Translations under genes and position numbers: made by a program
From: Macrostomum hystrix
Lineage: Eukaryota > Animalia > Platyhelminthes
Reading direction: 5' to 3'
DNA: 64,000 nt
Assembly (NCBI GenBank): GCA_950097015.1
Contig: CATNEN010000029.1
Location: forward strand, 5,890,001-5,954,000
Notes under the pieces: model-generated
What the model was told of the DNA's origin: nothing
Database searches by the model: none
What the model saw: only the letters and a program-made list of their open reading frames with translations
Shown: positions 1-14,749 of the stretch, piece after piece
How positions within the stretch are numbered: position 1 is the stretch's first letter
Layout: every line of letters begins with the position of its first letter

Positions 1-3000
1 AGGTGGAGTTTCGGTTCGCGGAATGGCACACACGTTGAATATACTCAAGGGCTGTTTGTTTCCGAAAATCAACGCAGAGAGAAGGAGGCGAGCGAAATCC
101 AATTTACAAGTCTTGCCTTTGTACAGGGAAAGGGAGTCGACTGGGAATGCAGGCCTTCTTGCTTTTATTATTTTTAGTTCTTCTCTGCCTGATGAGTCGG
201 CACGGTATTGCGCTGAATTCTAAGCCTAGCCAATAAAGCGTCAGGTTCAGGTTTGCTTGTTATATCTTTGTGCGTAATTAAGTCGGTAATGTTGGCGTCA
301 GGCGCTTTATGTATATATTAAGATTCAGACCGTGTTATGGATAATATAGCTATCCACTGCGCAGTGTGCGCTTGTGTACGGTCAGTTGAAGGCAAGTCGC
401 TTCGGATTGCCTTCTTTATAGACGACGCAGAAAGCAAACTAGGAAAGGTAAGGTGCGGCTCAGGCTGCGCTTAGACCGCTGATGACTTACAGCTTGTGCT
501 CGGACAAAACAATTTTGTAGCTAGGCAAAGTGAAGATGAGAAGCTTCTGGTGCTGCTCTCCGACACCGCACAATTGGCGGAGGAAAGGAAACTGAAGGGG
601 AAATTTGTCCAATGTCAGGAACCAGCTTCCCTCCTCTCCAGCCCTGGGATACGGCAAATATACTCCCCTTCTCTCCTCGTTTCAACTCGTCCTCATCCCC
701 AAACTCCCCGCCAGTTCCCACGTCCCGAGGGGGACCAGACCGATTGCCAGTGCCACCCATCCTACCCAAATCCCCGACCCAAGAGCTGACCAATGATGCG
801 ATGCCATTCATGAATTGCCGCTCTCCCAAAAAAGATCCCAAATCCTAACGGATCCTAACGGAACGCGCCCCTTTCAGTCTCTGTATTTCTCTACTCCTGT
901 GTGTGTCCCTGCTGCTGCTGCTGCTGCTGCCACCACTATCTCCCCCCTAGGGGCCAGCCAGCAATAATGAGCAGCGGGCGGCAAAGGCCCTCCCGTGGCG
1001 CCAGTTCGCCGCTTTGTTCGTCTCCGCGGAGACAGTAGTGGACTCAAGCAATAGTTGGAGAAACAGAACGCCGAACTCAGCTAACAGAGGGAGATTAGTT
1101 GCAGATAGTTTCATTATGGATCTTCCCACCTTCTTATCTTTCTTTGTCTTTTGTCAATTCAGCTAGCATTAATCAGGCCTCTCTCTGGAAGGCGATCTTT
1201 TATAAGAGAATGAACGGGCTTAGCCAGTAGTCTAATTGGGACATATTAACATACGGGCGAACGTTGCAATATCTGATTCACACGATCCATTGGCTGCCTG
1301 GCAGCTCAAACAAAAAGGGAATTAAGAAACGAGAATGATATACATGTATGTTGACTCGGCTATACTCGTAGATATAATTGTACGAGCAACTAGATACGGC
1401 CCTACAAAGCTGGCATTAACATATGTTGGGAGTGAAGCTTCTGGCTTAGATTCCCTGCGTGAACTGAACCTATTCTTTGCAGCATTTGAGGAGGACAGCA
1501 GGGATGGCGAAGGGATTTAGCCAAGATCAGGGGCAAGAGCAGAAACAGAAAGAGTAAAAGAGAACAGAATTCGAGATAGCATAGATAAAGCCCGGCTATA
1601 TATCGGCTGTCAGCTCCATTCCCGGTTCCATCTGTCGCCTGGTTGATTTGAGAATCCCTTAAAACCGTATGCTCTGCCCGAGTTTGCAAGAGAGCGGGAA
1701 GTATTTGACAGCTTGGTGCTGTTTTTAGCTTATTCCGCGCCTCGGATCATTTCGAATCAGTATTAGATTTGAATGAATTGTGCGAGGCAAGCAAAGCTTG
1801 GCAATTAGTTCTCCCTGAAAGCGTGGCTATGCCTTCCTAGCGCCGGACAAGGGATTATCACAGGGGGGGCAGAGGATTGGCAAGAAAATTGAGCGTGGGC
1901 CGAATAAGATAGCAGACCGGCTGTGTACAAGGAACTGAGAATAGGGAAACTAGAACAGGGATTCGAGTTGAGTGTAGCAGTAGAAAATGGAGACACATCC
2001 GGGAACCGGCAGAGCTGTCTGTCTGGGCTAGCAGCAGCAGCAGCAGCAGCAGCAGACAGTTCTCCGAGTCGGCGACAGCTCCAAAATGCAAATGAGGCAG
2101 TGATTTAATTTCAGCCGGCCTTCTTAGGGAGGAGATCAGGCCCGGGGACCTTATTTCATTCCACCCTTAGAGTCTTTCTCAATAGTAAAACAAAGTTGCA
2201 AACCAGAGCAAGATGTAGAATCGGACAGTAGTAGTATACACACCAAGGATCAGCGCCCTCGGTAATTTGCTAACACTAAAAAATCTGACATGCTCAATGC
2301 TGACGGAGCAAGGAAGGAAGCACTCGATGAAATTTATTCGGTAGCCTTCTCTAGGGTGCGTAGTGCGTGCATCGCAGTGAGTTAGTTTCTAACTATAGAA
2401 TATGTATGCGCGCCTATTTTCCCAGAGATACTACAGCAAACAGCTGCTGGGTGGCTGGCACTCAGGCAAATTAGTGTGCCAAAATCCTGTCGTCGGCACA
2501 AAAGCAGATGCGTTACGAAAGCTAAATCCCTACCCCAGTCCAACTGCAAACTGAGTCCTGCAGACTTTTTTGAGTCGGTTTAGATTATTCTCTTTTTTGG
2601 TGTAGCCAAAACTGGCAGGTTAATAAACATTAGGCAGTGGTTTGCTAGCAAAGCTAGAATTATAGGGACTTAATTAACCCAAAACCAATAGCACAATCGG
2701 CCGTTTATGACTAAATCCCAAGCCAGTAGGTCCACAATTCTAGCCAGAGCTGGCAGCATGCATAACAAGGCAATTAACATTGCTTCCTAAATGGCCACTT
2801 CTGATGCAGCTGATAGAGAGACTGGACCTCCGGGGACTTCCGTTTGCCAATGCCTCCCCTACCACGGAGGCAATCTTATTCTCTCTCCACTGTGGGTGTG
2901 TGACAGCTCAGCCAAGCTAAATGTATTTATTAAATTAATGGCTAATTTCGTTCTATTGTGTTGGCTTTAGTAGTAGTTGCTTACCTCTAATGCTCAATTC

Positions 3001-4577
3001 AGCCGTTAAAATAGGCCTCCATAATTAGTAAGTAGCTAGCCCATCAAGCAATGTTTGAGTACAGTTAGCTGACTAATATAATTTTTTAGCCCACTCCTAC
3101 ATCAGCGCTACAAATATCCTCAATAAATATTCCCACTTAAAACCGCTGTCCTACTCTACAACGACTACTACGAGTAACAAAGCGAAGATTTTTCATTGCC
3201 TCCTAGATTTGAAAAGCTTGTTGAAAGCAAAAACTAAAAAGCACTTAGTAAGATAAGTCGCTAGGTGTTAGGCAGATTACAATAACAATGCGGCATAAAG
3301 GTAACTGGGACAAGACCTACTTGGTTGATTAGAATATTGTTTTTCTCTGCCTCACTCCTCTTTTCACACAAAAAATCGTCCACCGGAAGCGGGTCATTAG
3401 TATAGGACTACAATAAACATATCATATACAATCATTTGGTTTGGAAAGTAAGCTTATGATAATATTGTACTTTTAAAACTGCGAATTCGAATGTGAATGC
3501 GGCAAAACTTTTTTCCAACAGAATGTTAGAAAAATAAGCACCGAGAGGCTGGGAAGAAATTAATAACGCACTGCCGGTTCAGTATGGACATGTTTACTGT
3601 GCAACAAATAATGCGAATATTTTGCATGCATAACACACAGGAATTGCGCCTGCTTTTCATATCAAGTTTAAAATAATCTAAAGAAGTACGAGTATAATCT
3701 ATGGAAATTATATGAAGTGTAGATAGAATTTTTACACACTGGAATGCGAAGCAAACTGACTCGAAAAAATCGAATCGAATGAGACAGCAGACGGGGGAGC
3801 CAGAAGGTAGCAGAAATTATTCGATACAACCAGTAAGAAACTGGATATTGCGGCAGATATGGCGAATATATATTTATTTATTTGCACACGACTTGATCAG
3901 ACGGGGAGGAAAAATAGCGAAAAAGCTACTCCGAAATTGAGAACGGCTGCCTCCGGAATCGCAGAGGAAGCTGGGAACTGGATCGGGGGGATAATTTAAG
4001 TCGGTGGGTAGGGCTGAATGGAGGGGAGAATTTATAATTGGGATCTGACAGGCGGCGGGCACGAACCCGGGTGGCGAAAGACCCGACCGGAAAGTGGGAC
4101 ATCCTCACCACATCTGCTGCTAGGCGCAGGATGGGGCGATATATTCGATTATCGCTGGCAATTAGCCCCTCAACTAGCGACGGGACAAATATATAGAGGG
4201 AGGGGATTGGCACCTATATATGCGAGACTGAAGCTAGGGAGAATAGGGGGAAGAAATGGGAATAATTTTTACAGTCACGCCAAGCGTCTTGCTGCTAGGC
4301 GTGAATGAGAGTCAATATTCACACGTAGGGCTGAAATTTAAGCGCACATCTAACAATCGTACATACTGTTCGAGGGTTTATGCACTTTGATGCTGCAGCT
4401 AATATGCAAGTCCACAACTGGATTAGTTAGCAACCTCAGCAAACATTCACTGCCGATAAAATCTTGTTTTTTTATGGCCGACTCATGCTCACCATTGACC
4501 TATAGCTATAATGAAGGCATTAATAATAATGATAATTATTTATTACACCTGCCCCAAATCGGGCCAAACGTGCAGCT

Positions 4578-4770
4578 GAAAGCACAGCCGCAGCTATAAA
4601 GCTATTAAGGCTGCGTACTGCTGTTCAGTCCATGGACTGGGGATGTCACACCAAAACTCAAAACTCAAACTCAATGCTGTTACCCATGGGAGAACAGCTG
4701 GGAGAATTGAAGCAAGGCAGGGTTAATTGTCTTGCACGCAATATTCTCCACTAGGGAAAGACCAGAGAAT
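4578..4770 (-). mobile_element. SINE family B, degraded
   Basis: GCACAGCCGCAGCTAT..GGCTGCGTAC.GCTGTTCAGTCCATGGACTG shared with the 19140 copy. Confidence 0.6.
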
Positions 4771-5440
4771 TCCAAATACCCACTGCATACTTCACGATAG
4801 CTCTCAAACCGAATGACCGATTTTTAGTGAAAGTCCACCATATGGATCTTAATTTTGCGCCTATCACAACTTCAAAGCCTTCCGTAGTTAGCAGTTGTCG
4901 AGATATTATCAGCGATTCTTGTCGAAGACCCTAGTGACAAGAACCAGCAACATTCCTGTGTAAAAACGTCTATGGCGAATCTACGAGCGCTCGTATATTG
5001 TTTTAATCCCGATATTTTGTGATTCTGGAAGTTGTTTCATCGGATAAAGCGGAAAATTGTAGCCCGTGTTCTGGCGATTGGTTGAATATTTTGGGAGAAA
5101 CAGAATAAGGAAAAACGTGGGCATTAGAAATAGCCCGTGGTCTTCGTAAAGCAGAAATATCTGCTTTTTTGAGTAATCGATAACAGTTACTTATTTAGTA
5201 ATCGATAAGAGAAATTTGCAGAATGAATCAGTCTGCCAGTCTAAGATTCAGAGGCTAGTCACACACGCCTTCAGAGACAGGTGCGAATCGCAATCGCCGC
5301 ATCATTAAGAAAACAAGCATCGATTTGATCATAAGCGGATAAGTTCTAGAAGAACAAAACAGAAGTACAAAGGCATACATGGGAGATTGCATCGAAAGAA
5401 ACAGTCCCGAGTGTCATTCTCCCGTATTTTGCTCACTCAC

Positions 5441-5779
5441 CGGATCCACATAGCTGCCGTAGAGAATGGCTTTCGGCGGCACATTCGGATGGTACTGGCT
5501 CCGACCTGGCGACGGTCCCAGGTGGGCCGGATGATGCGGATGGCCGGCGCGGTCGCCGCTGCCGCCGCTCTGGTCCTGCGGCACGTAGCTCTGCTGCTGA
5601 AGAATTAGCATGTCGTTAGACGACTGGGGATCTGCTCCGCTTGCTGCTGCTGCTGCCGACTGATGATTGCCAACGCCTTCTGCCGCTCTGCCCTGCTGCT
5701 GCTGCTGCTGATAGTAAAGACCCGACTGACCGTTCTGATACTGCGCCGGCGAATGATAACCGTACACTGGGCCGCTAGA
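5441..5779 (-). CDS. Exon 4 (113 aa, Q/S/G/Y/H-rich) of the same gene; downstream exons not resolved
   Basis: tttcattttacag| acceptor, CCG|gtgagt donor, phase 0; SSGPVYGYHSPAQYQNGQSGLYYQQQQQQ...PPKAILYGSYVDP. Linkage to exon 3 across ~11.7 kb is inferred from strand, phase and composition. Confidence 0.6.
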
Positions 5780-6619
5780 CTGTAAAATGAAACAGTTGAG
5801 ATTTGTTATTGCACTCGACTGTAGAACAAACACTTCTCAAGCTCAATAATCCTTTACAGGCTAGTGCAACAGTAGACAGAGGAGTGGGATGGACTGAGAC
5901 CAGAAGCTGCAGACCGGAAGAGTTTGCTCAGCTAGAATTGTTGGCGGCAGTCAAGCGGATAGACAGACACAGGGAGACCCGGGAGCACAGAAATACGCTT
6001 ACTGCTGTGTGTGTGTGTCTGTGTGTGTGCTCAGTGCTTGCTGCGATTCCGAGTCTAAAAAGCCAGTTTTTAGCATATTGGCTAAAAAGGCCCGAACAGA
6101 ACGCTTACGGAAGGCAGAGCTGCGTCGGGCGGGGCTGAGGCGGGGTGGGAGGTTGGGGAGGGGGCGAGCTTCCCTTTTCGCTCCCACCAGTTTCTCTTCC
6201 TCCCCACTCTGGCAGCAGGGCGGAATGGGGGTAGAGAGAGAGCGGGGACGGAGAGGGGAGCCAAAAGGCGCATGGTGGAGCTAAAAAAGCAGTTAAGGGA
6301 ATTCCAGTTGGTGGGACTATTTCTCTCTCTCCATAGGTCCGTCTGTCTTCCTCCCTTTTTCTGCGCATCAGAAAAAAATTGAGCTCATTTTTTCCTTCTC
6401 TACTCACGGACCGACTGTGCTCAGAGCTCAGTTCGGCCACCTTCTGCACTAACAAAAATATGCTCAGCCACAGCCCAGGGGTGCTTAGGCACAAACAGAC
6501 AGACTGAGACTGACTGGGCTGGCTTGCTGAAAGCTGCTACATGCAGCATTAGCATAGAGGCATTTGAAGTACCGAAATAACGCAGAGGGTCGGCTGCTCC
6601 TAGCCCACAGCCTAAGATA

Positions 6620-7625
6620 TGACAGGGGAGAGATGAGACAGTGGAGAGATGGGACAGGGGAGAGATGGAACAAGGGAGAGATGGAACAGGGGAGAGATGG
6701 GACAGGGGAGAGATGGAACAGGGGAGAGATAAGACAGTGGAGCCGCGACAGTGGAGAGATGAGACAAGGGAAAGATGAGACAGTGGAGAGATGAGACGGG
6801 GGAGAGATGAGCCAGGGGAGAGATGGGACAGGGGTGGGATGGGACAGGGGAGAGATGGGACAGTGGAGAGATGGGACAGTGGAGAGATGGGACAGATGGG
6901 ACAGTGCAGAGAAGAGACAGTGCAGAGATGGGACAGGGGAGAGATGGGACAGGGGAGAGATGGGACAGGGGAGAGATGGGACAGGGGAGAGATGGGACAG
7001 TGCAGAGAAGAGACAGTGCAGAGATGGGACAGGGGAGAGATGGGACAGGGGAGAGATGGGACAGGGGAGAGATGGGACAGGGGAGAGATGGGACAGATGG
7101 GACAGTGCAGAGAAGAGACAGTGCAGAGATGGGACAGGGGAGAGATGGGACAGGGGAGAGATGGGACAGGGGAGAGATGGGACAGGGGAGAGATGGGACA
7201 GGGGAGAGATGGGACAAGGGAGAGATGGGACAGGGGAGAGATGGGACAGATGGGACAGTGCAGAGAAGAGACAGTGCAGAGATGGGACAGGGGAGAGATG
7301 GGACAGGGGAGAGATGGGACAGGGGAGAGATGGGACAGTGCAGAGAAGAGACAGTGCAGAGATGGGACAGGGGAGAGATGGGACAGGGGAGAGATGGGAC
7401 AGTGCAGAGAAGAGACAGTGTAGAGATGGGACAGGGGAGAGATGGGACAGGGGAGAGATGGGACAGGGAAAAGATGAGACTGGGGAGAGATGAGACTGGG
7501 GAGACATGAGACTGGGGAGAGATGAGACTGGGGAGACATGAGACTGGGGAGAGATGAGACTGGGGAGAGATGAGACTGGGGAGACATGAGACTGGGGAGA
7601 GATGGGACAGGGGAGAGATGACACA
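6620..7625. repeat. 16-nt purine-rich minisatellite (GGGACAGGGGAGAGAT)n with variants
   Basis: Direct tandem periodicity; explains the overlapping ORFs at 6421-7748. Confidence 0.95.
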
Positions 7626-9449
7626 GCTAGAAGAAATATTATCCCGTTTAATTACAATTGCCACCCACACAACTAGTCTCATTCTTCTGGTTTGCCTGAA
7701 AATCCTTTTGATATTGCAGAGAGACACTGAAGCGCGTTGCTTAAACAATCTAGTTTAGCTTATAGACAAATGAGTAAAACGATTCAGAAGTTTCTATTCT
7801 GGTAGGAGCAACGCAAAGCTAAATCACAGTGTTTCACTAACAAAACAACTAACGCGCAAACGCGCACCGCTAAACACTTGGGCCTCTGTTCCTCCGGTTA
7901 TGTTGGAAATAATGACAGAAATAATAACAATAGTATTAACAATAGCAGGTACATGGGCGCATTGAGACTACTGTCACAGCTGGCGCGTAAAAAAATCCTC
8001 GCCAATACAGACAAGTCCTTAAATAACTGACAATCAGTTTAAAAGCAAACTGGAAGTATGCCAACTAACTGAAGTATTTGTTTTGCGCAGCTGTGCCGCA
8101 ATGAAAGTTTATGCAGCTCAGAGCCAGCCAAATCAGCTTAATCCCTGAATTTTCATGGGCCGCCAGTCGACAGGGGGAGACAAAGCTATAGAAAGAATTC
8201 ACCTTTCAGTCTTTCTATTCTTAGGTACTCGCACTAGAGTAGTTCCTTTCTCTTGGGATTTCGGATTTAGCCCGGGTTCATATCTGGATTGCAAATGCAA
8301 AGGTGGGAGATTTTCGATTGAATTCCGCTAGCAATCTGGTAGGCGATAGCGCAGCGTTCTCCCTAATCCCTACCCGATTCCCACAGCGACCCTGGCTAGG
8401 CGAGAAAATTTTTTTTGGCGCGGTAGAATTTTGCGCAGTTTTTTTACTCCACTTCAAGGCAGTGGTGGATTGAAATCCCAAAACGGGCTCCACAAAATCC
8501 CAGTCTAGATTCTAGAAGCCTGCACTTGCACGCGCATAGCCGGAGCATCTCTTCCTTCAACACGCAGCAGTTTGGAAGGAGAATTAATCATGTATGAAAT
8601 GTGATAGGCCATTGATTTTTCTACCCTCTCTTCTAGTCCCCAAGATCTTCTAGATCCGCAATCTTTCATTCCCCCACCCGCCTCTCTCTCCTTTTCGTCG
8701 TCTCCTTGGAGGCCTCTTGAGACGTAGCGTTAGGCATCAAGTGGGCGGCGTGCAGAGTTTCCCTTCTTACCTGTGCACACCATTTTGTATATTATTTACC
8801 GAAATCCTATAACGCAGTGCCACGAAGAAATACAGCCGCGGAATGTACGAACAAGGGTTCGGAGCCTTTTTGGAATCTATTGAAGGTACAAGCTACTGCT
8901 GGAAGGTGGTTGAATCGCGTGTGTGAGCATAGATCTGGGCGTGGCTATACTCTGTCTACAATGCCTAGAGTGCCTCGGGAGGGAGGTGGGGCCGCACAGA
9001 CAGGCACCTGAGGAATGCACTGCTCGCCACTCGAGTGCAGAAAAAATAAGAAATTTTTGGCTTACTTCAGAGAAAGAAAGTTTGTCTAAGAAAGCTACAA
9101 AATTGACAAGAATGAATGAAAAACGGAAGACAGCCGGTAGGTGTTTTAGATTCTAGGAAATCTCGGCTAGGTGAAACCTTTCTGTACCAATCAGGGTTTC
9201 CTTTGTAATAGTTGGATATAGCCCTATTAACTCTGGATAGCGGATATGCATATACAAAGTTTACATCCGGTATGTAGCATAGATAATCCTGAAATTTTGC
9301 TTTTGCTTAATAAATGCAAGCAGTAAATTTCATTCGATTGACTACCATTAGTTAAACTCGGGCATGTAATACAAATATATAGACTGTGTTAAACTGGGCA
9401 GAGACACAGAATGTTGCACCAAAATGTAGATAATTATAAATAAGACAGA

Positions 9450-9672
9450 CATGGAGCCAGTGGCACTTTTAAAGGCTGTGTACAGCTGTTCAGTCCATGG
9501 ACTGTGGAAGCCGCTACATATTACTAAATTTCTATCCCAGCTAATGCTGGTACCCTCAAGCTGGAATTAAAATTGATGCTGGGGCTCAAGGGCAATCGTT
9601 TCCATTGGGAAGAGATTCGAACTCCGGACCTCTTTTGCACTAAAGCCTAAAGCTGTAACCACTAGGCTAAAA
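9450..9672 (-). mobile_element. SINE family B
   Basis: GCTGTTCAGTCCATGGACTG, CCAGCTAATGCTGGTACC; revcomp head TAGCCTAGTGGTTA...GAGTTCGAATC. Confidence 0.68.
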
Positions 9673-10808
9673 GCTTCCTCTACAAACTAGACAAAATAGA
9701 AAAATATATAGGTGAGACAATCAGGGAGAGAGGGAGAGAAATAGATTCGACCTTAGCTAACTTAGCTAATGCATTTTAGCAATTCTACATTTGGATCTAC
9801 AAAGCTATGCATACATGCATATATTTAGATATCTAACCTAGAAGACATGTTCAGTTTAGAAGCGAGCAAGCTAGCTACATTCAGTTAGATTATAGATTAT
9901 TAATAAAACGCAAATAATACAGGGCCGAGTCACTCGCATTAGACGTGAATGTAGTGAATGTAGGAAGCTAGCTATAGCAAAATCAAAGACGGAGCGACAT
10001 AGAGTAGACTTGGTAAAAGCGCTCGGATACTTGCAGCAATACTGACTGAACATCGATGAAAATGTGCTGCATCATGGGCCAAGGCTAGCAGTGTTCTGTT
10101 TACCATTAAAGCATACACACACACGCGAGCCGCTAAACAGATAGGCATCTGAAATCTGCTGCAAGCTCTAGTTAGATAGCTAGAATAGCTAATCTATCCT
10201 GTCTCTATAAGCATTGGATTAGCAAGCAAGCTTAAATAAAACAAACTTTCCTAAACCGGGCAGGAACGAGAACCAAATTCAGTCAAATCAGTTCGACTTG
10301 GATTTTAACTGATTTGTTACACTGAAGTGTTCAGGCTTTTTTAATGGTTTTTTTTGCGCTCTTCCACAGTCAATGAAAATCTAGTTAGGAGCGGGAACTT
10401 ATAAACAAGGATATCGAATTCTTTTTCTCTTTTTCCCCTGCTCTCTTCTAGCCTTCTTCCTCGCCAGATGTGCATATTGCCATAGCTGGGCTACCTAATC
10501 GACTAGAGTTGCCATGGCAACACAGTCCAACTGAAGAATGCCTTATAGGCCCATATCCAGTTAGCTTAGTAGGCCGCTAAATTGGACTAATAATTAATGG
10601 ATTTGATTCGATTGACCAAAGGAATCTCTCTCTCATATACTGAAAACAATGCAGGCAAAGATTTTCTACTCATTGTAAATTTGATTCTCAGTCAGTTAGT
10701 TCATTGCTAGCTAAAGGAAAAAATGTGAATAAGAATGATTGACAGGCAGGCACTGCGGCGGCATCATATAGTCTGTTAAGTGCAAATTTTACTGCCTAAT
10801 AATAATCT

Positions 10809-11149
10809 AAAAATAATTGCAGGAGGGCTGTGGGCAATGGCAGATCCATTGGTGACACTAGACCCGCAGCCAGAGGAGGCAATTCTGCCCATTTCGCTGA
10901 CTCCTGAGCACACAAGCACTCGGATACTGTAAGCAGGCATACGCTCACACAGGTGTGTACATCTGCCCTGACTTTCTCATCGTCAGGCAGTGTACACTCT
11001 CACTGTGCCTTGGAGGTTGGCCCTCAAGAGCGTAAATTGCACGACAAGCCCCAAGCCTTCTCATTGCTTTAAAAATGTGGCCTCACCTCGGAATCGAGCT
11101 CAGGGACCTTGGTACGAGAGGCGAACGCGTTAACCGCCACCGACCCCCC
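10809..11149 (-). mobile_element. tRNA-derived SINE family A
   Basis: Revcomp head GGGGTCGGTGGC..GAGCTCGATTCC (A/B-box-like), shared core, 3' end CCATTGCCCACAGCCCTCCTGCAATTATT; six copies in the window. Confidence 0.8.
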
Positions 11150-11818
11150 AAACATTCTTATTGTGCGATTCAGGCTCCATCAGAGTCGTGGTTCCCTACT
11201 TTCAGACTGACTCAAACTGGCCTAGAAAGTGAACTCACTCGGGTGACGGGATGAAGATTGAGGAAACTCAAGAGGCTGACAACTATTGCTAACACAACTA
11301 ACACATGCCTTTCTCCACTAATTAACCAGGTTGCTAGTCTCACCTGAATGCTGCTGAAGCACGATCTGAGATGGAAGTTTCTTAGAAATTTAATACTAAA
11401 TCGCGTCCACATATACGAGCTATACTGAAAATATAGGTCAGAAATGCATGGCGATACTACTATCTAATAGTTTTGTACGAAAATTAGCAATGGAAAAGCC
11501 ATGAACTGGGTGGTCCCTCATCTATAACTGGGTAACAGTTAGTGAATGACTAAGAGAGACGGCTTTGAAAAACAGTAGCAGCTAGCAGAAACAGTGCCAA
11601 GTCAGCTTATTGCAGTGGAGGCGGCTGAGGACGGAGGCGGGGTGACGGACGACGAGCTGAATTTCTCATTGACCACATTACGTAGGCTAAAGAGAGGCTG
11701 CTTAGTTTAAACAGCGTGGGAAAATGCTTCAGAGAATCCTGCTAGCTAACGTACGCATGCTAAAAATGTACGAGCAATAAATGGAATACAAATTACGTTG
11801 AATTAAAACAATAATAAG

Positions 11819-12066
11819 AGGTGCGGTTATTGCGTTTGCCTCTCGCATCAAGGTCCCTGAGCTCGATTCCGCGGCGAGGCCGCATTCACATACACTGCTT
11901 GACGATGAGAAAGTCAGGGCAGATGTACACACCTGTGTGACGTATGCCTGCATACGGTGTCTATGTGCGTGTGTGTTCAGGAGTCAGCGAAATGGGCAGA
12001 ATTGCCTTTACTCGTAGATGGCTGCGGGTCTAGTGTCACCAGAAATTTCGTAATTGGCCTATGACT
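11819..12066 (+). mobile_element. SINE family A, internally deleted
   Basis: Head GCGTTTGCCTCTCGCATCAAGGTCCCTGAGCTCGATTCC joined directly to TACACTGC..GATGAGAAAGTCAGGGCAG. Confidence 0.75.
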
Positions 12067-14289
12067 ATTAAAGACTTACTGATGTTGAAAATGTATGAAT
12101 TAGCTAGGCCTAGTCTAGTTGGACTTTTATTAAACAAATTAGCTAAATATACATCTATATTCTATATGAAACTAAAGTATTTAATACTTAGCAAACATTT
12201 TTCCGCACTTTTTACTTTTTAGCAACTTGGCGGATTTGTGAAGCGGCACCAGTGGGTGTAAAAGTCTTCCTATTTTATTACTTACAGACAGGCCACACAT
12301 GGAGGAGAAAGTAGAAAGGACCTCTGAATATTTCTTCCAGTAGAGGCGAGGCCTTTTCTTGCTTGCCTTGCTTGACTGGGGAGGACAGTGTGATGGGAAG
12401 AAACTAGGCAATGACGGGAAGGCCAAGGTGGAGAAAGGAAGATTCATGGATCGCTGCTCTACCAGTCTTGCCTAGCGATCTATAGAGAAAGGGTAAATAC
12501 TAAGCAATGAGTGGGGAGAAATTGCGGGGAGAAGTGTGCGCTTGGTCGCGGACAAAGGAGTTGGTAGGGACGGCTAAGATCCCTTAGCCTCAATCATCTT
12601 CGTGTTGCGTCTCAAGACGTAAGACACCATGTAACTGTACACTCATCTTAGGTATTGTAAAAATGGTCACAAGATTAGCTATACCTGAGTCAGTGAGTGT
12701 TGAGTGGTAGAGGATTAATAATGGTCTGCTTTTTTCTCTTGCTAAAGTCTCTGATGACCTTGAACTCGAATTCACAGCGAGGTCGATTATATTAGGGTGC
12801 AGTCTAACTATGAGAGAGTTAGGGCAGATGTCCACATATCGGACTATTAATACAATTAATATACTCTCTTTAGCTTGTGTGTAAAGTAAACTGATGAAGA
12901 CACAAGGAACATTGGGGACCAAATAGCTTACCAGATTCCTACTAGCAAGCGAACTGCGGTTTCCGCGATAGCAGCTAACGCTATAGTCACTATGACCTAT
13001 GGCACCTGGGCCGCTAGCGAACTGGTAGATATCAGTAGACATAAAATATATGATTAAGATTTATGAAATGCTACTAAACCTTGTCCTTAAAATCTGTGCA
13101 GATTTTAAATAAATAGGCAACGAAAAAACTGTGGACCACGATAGTAATGCTTGCATTTTTTCCTCTCTCGAAATTCATGTACAAAACGTAGCAGAAACAA
13201 TGTACATTCGAATTGGAACGCTGTTTTGACAGAGCGAGTGACTCAACGCATTGGGGCTTCGAGGGGTAAAACTGATTCACCTAGCGCAACCTAGCGGACA
13301 TTGCTAAGCAATATATTCGAGTCTCATTGGTTGGCTCTCGTGGCCTTGATCTATTTTTGGATATGAAGACATTTTCTTTCTTTAGCAATGGAAGCAACCA
13401 TCGCGAGTTGTACCAATGGTTAACGCCGCACACGTGGTCCTAGCTAGATAGATATGAAAATGAAAACTGTGATTTGGATTTTTAACTATGAAGATTAGAA
13501 AAACAGCAAATGCCACTCAGTTTATTACCCTAATTTAGAAAGCAGTAAAACGACTATAAAGACAAGTGCAGTCCAAAATAAGAAACGCAATGCGCAATGA
13601 CAGGAAAGAGAAAGAAAGGCTGAAGTTCAGAAACACTCAAGTTTCAAATGCGTGGGCGTTTGTCAATATTAATCCGACAAGCAGAGTAAATGTTAATAAA
13701 ATTTGAGCTGAATATTACTTACTTATAAACGCAAAATTACTTTGAGTGTCGGATGAACTTTTTGTGATTAAATTTCAAAATCGAGCGTAGCTTTGATGTA
13801 GCTTCTCTTGCTTCTAGCAGAGGGAAAGAAATGAGGGAGGTTAGCTGGCACACACGCATATATGTTATGGACAGATAAAGTTGGCCAGGCCCTCCCCCTT
13901 GTATGTGGGGTGGGAGCGAGGACTATGCGAGTCTGGTTGGTTGGTTGGCTGGTTGGTGGGGTCGGGTGAATTGGGGTGGTTGGGGGCGTTAGTTTAGGCG
14001 GGGAAATGGAAGCCATCGAGCCTGTAACAGACACGAAGCAAAAGCTAGATTAAAACAGAGAGAAGGCGGAGACCACCGCCCACCAACCCCAAGAACAAAG
14101 AGCTCCCCAACCATTGCGATGGCCGGGGGGAGGCGGGCGGCTGGAGGGGATAGACAGATGGATCTTTGTACGCAGGAAGAGGAACTGAAAAAAGGGGAAG
14201 GAACCCCAGTGCCACAGCCGAACTATAGGCATAGGGACTAAGCCAAAAACAGTCACATGACGGACTGCACAATATGCCGTTTAGACTCC

Positions 14290-14600
14290 GCAATTCCCTG
14301 TACAGACTCCGAAATTCCCTGTGCAGACTCCGAAATTCCCTGTGCAGACTCCGAAATTCCCTGTACAGACTCCGAAATTCCCTGTGCAGACTCCGAAATT
14401 CCCTGTGCAGACTCCGAAATTCCCTGTACAGACTCCGAAATTCCCTGTACAGACTCCGAAATTCCCTGTACAGACTCCGAAATTCCCTGTGTAGACTCCG
14501 AAATTCCCTGTGTAGACTCCGAAATTCCATGTGCAGACTCCGAAATTCCCTGTGCAGACTCCGAAATTCCCTGTGCAGACTCCGAAATTCCATATCAGAC
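14290..14600. repeat. 21-nt minisatellite (GACTCCGAAATTCCCTGTGCA)n
   Basis: About 14 tandem copies. Confidence 0.95.
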
Positions 14601-14749
14601 TCCACAAATAGATATAGAAACAGAACCACGTGCAGACACCAGCTGCCATAATAGAAAAGTTTGCTTCGTTTTATCTCTCTATAAAATATCTTCTTCGTCT
14701 CATCAATCCAATCTCATTTCCCCCATATCATTATCTTTTTCGTGCATTA

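Noticed and set aside
521-2108. Possible further minus-strand exons (e.g. 521-844) and CAG/CTG-run ORFs at 900-2100
   Set aside because: Weak acceptors and no recognisable motif; no frame could be chosen with confidence.
3926-4308. Two gcctag|cagca acceptor-like sites that could be the next exon after 5441
   Set aside because: Both give short products that soon hit a stop; cannot be told apart from UTR or intron without transcripts.
6421-7748. Overlapping 200-388 aa ORFs on both strands
   Set aside because: Products of a stop-free 16-nt minisatellite; open in several frames and lying in an intron.
12590-13042. 150-aa minus-strand ORF
   Set aside because: No recognisable motif; lies inside an intron of the minus-strand gene.
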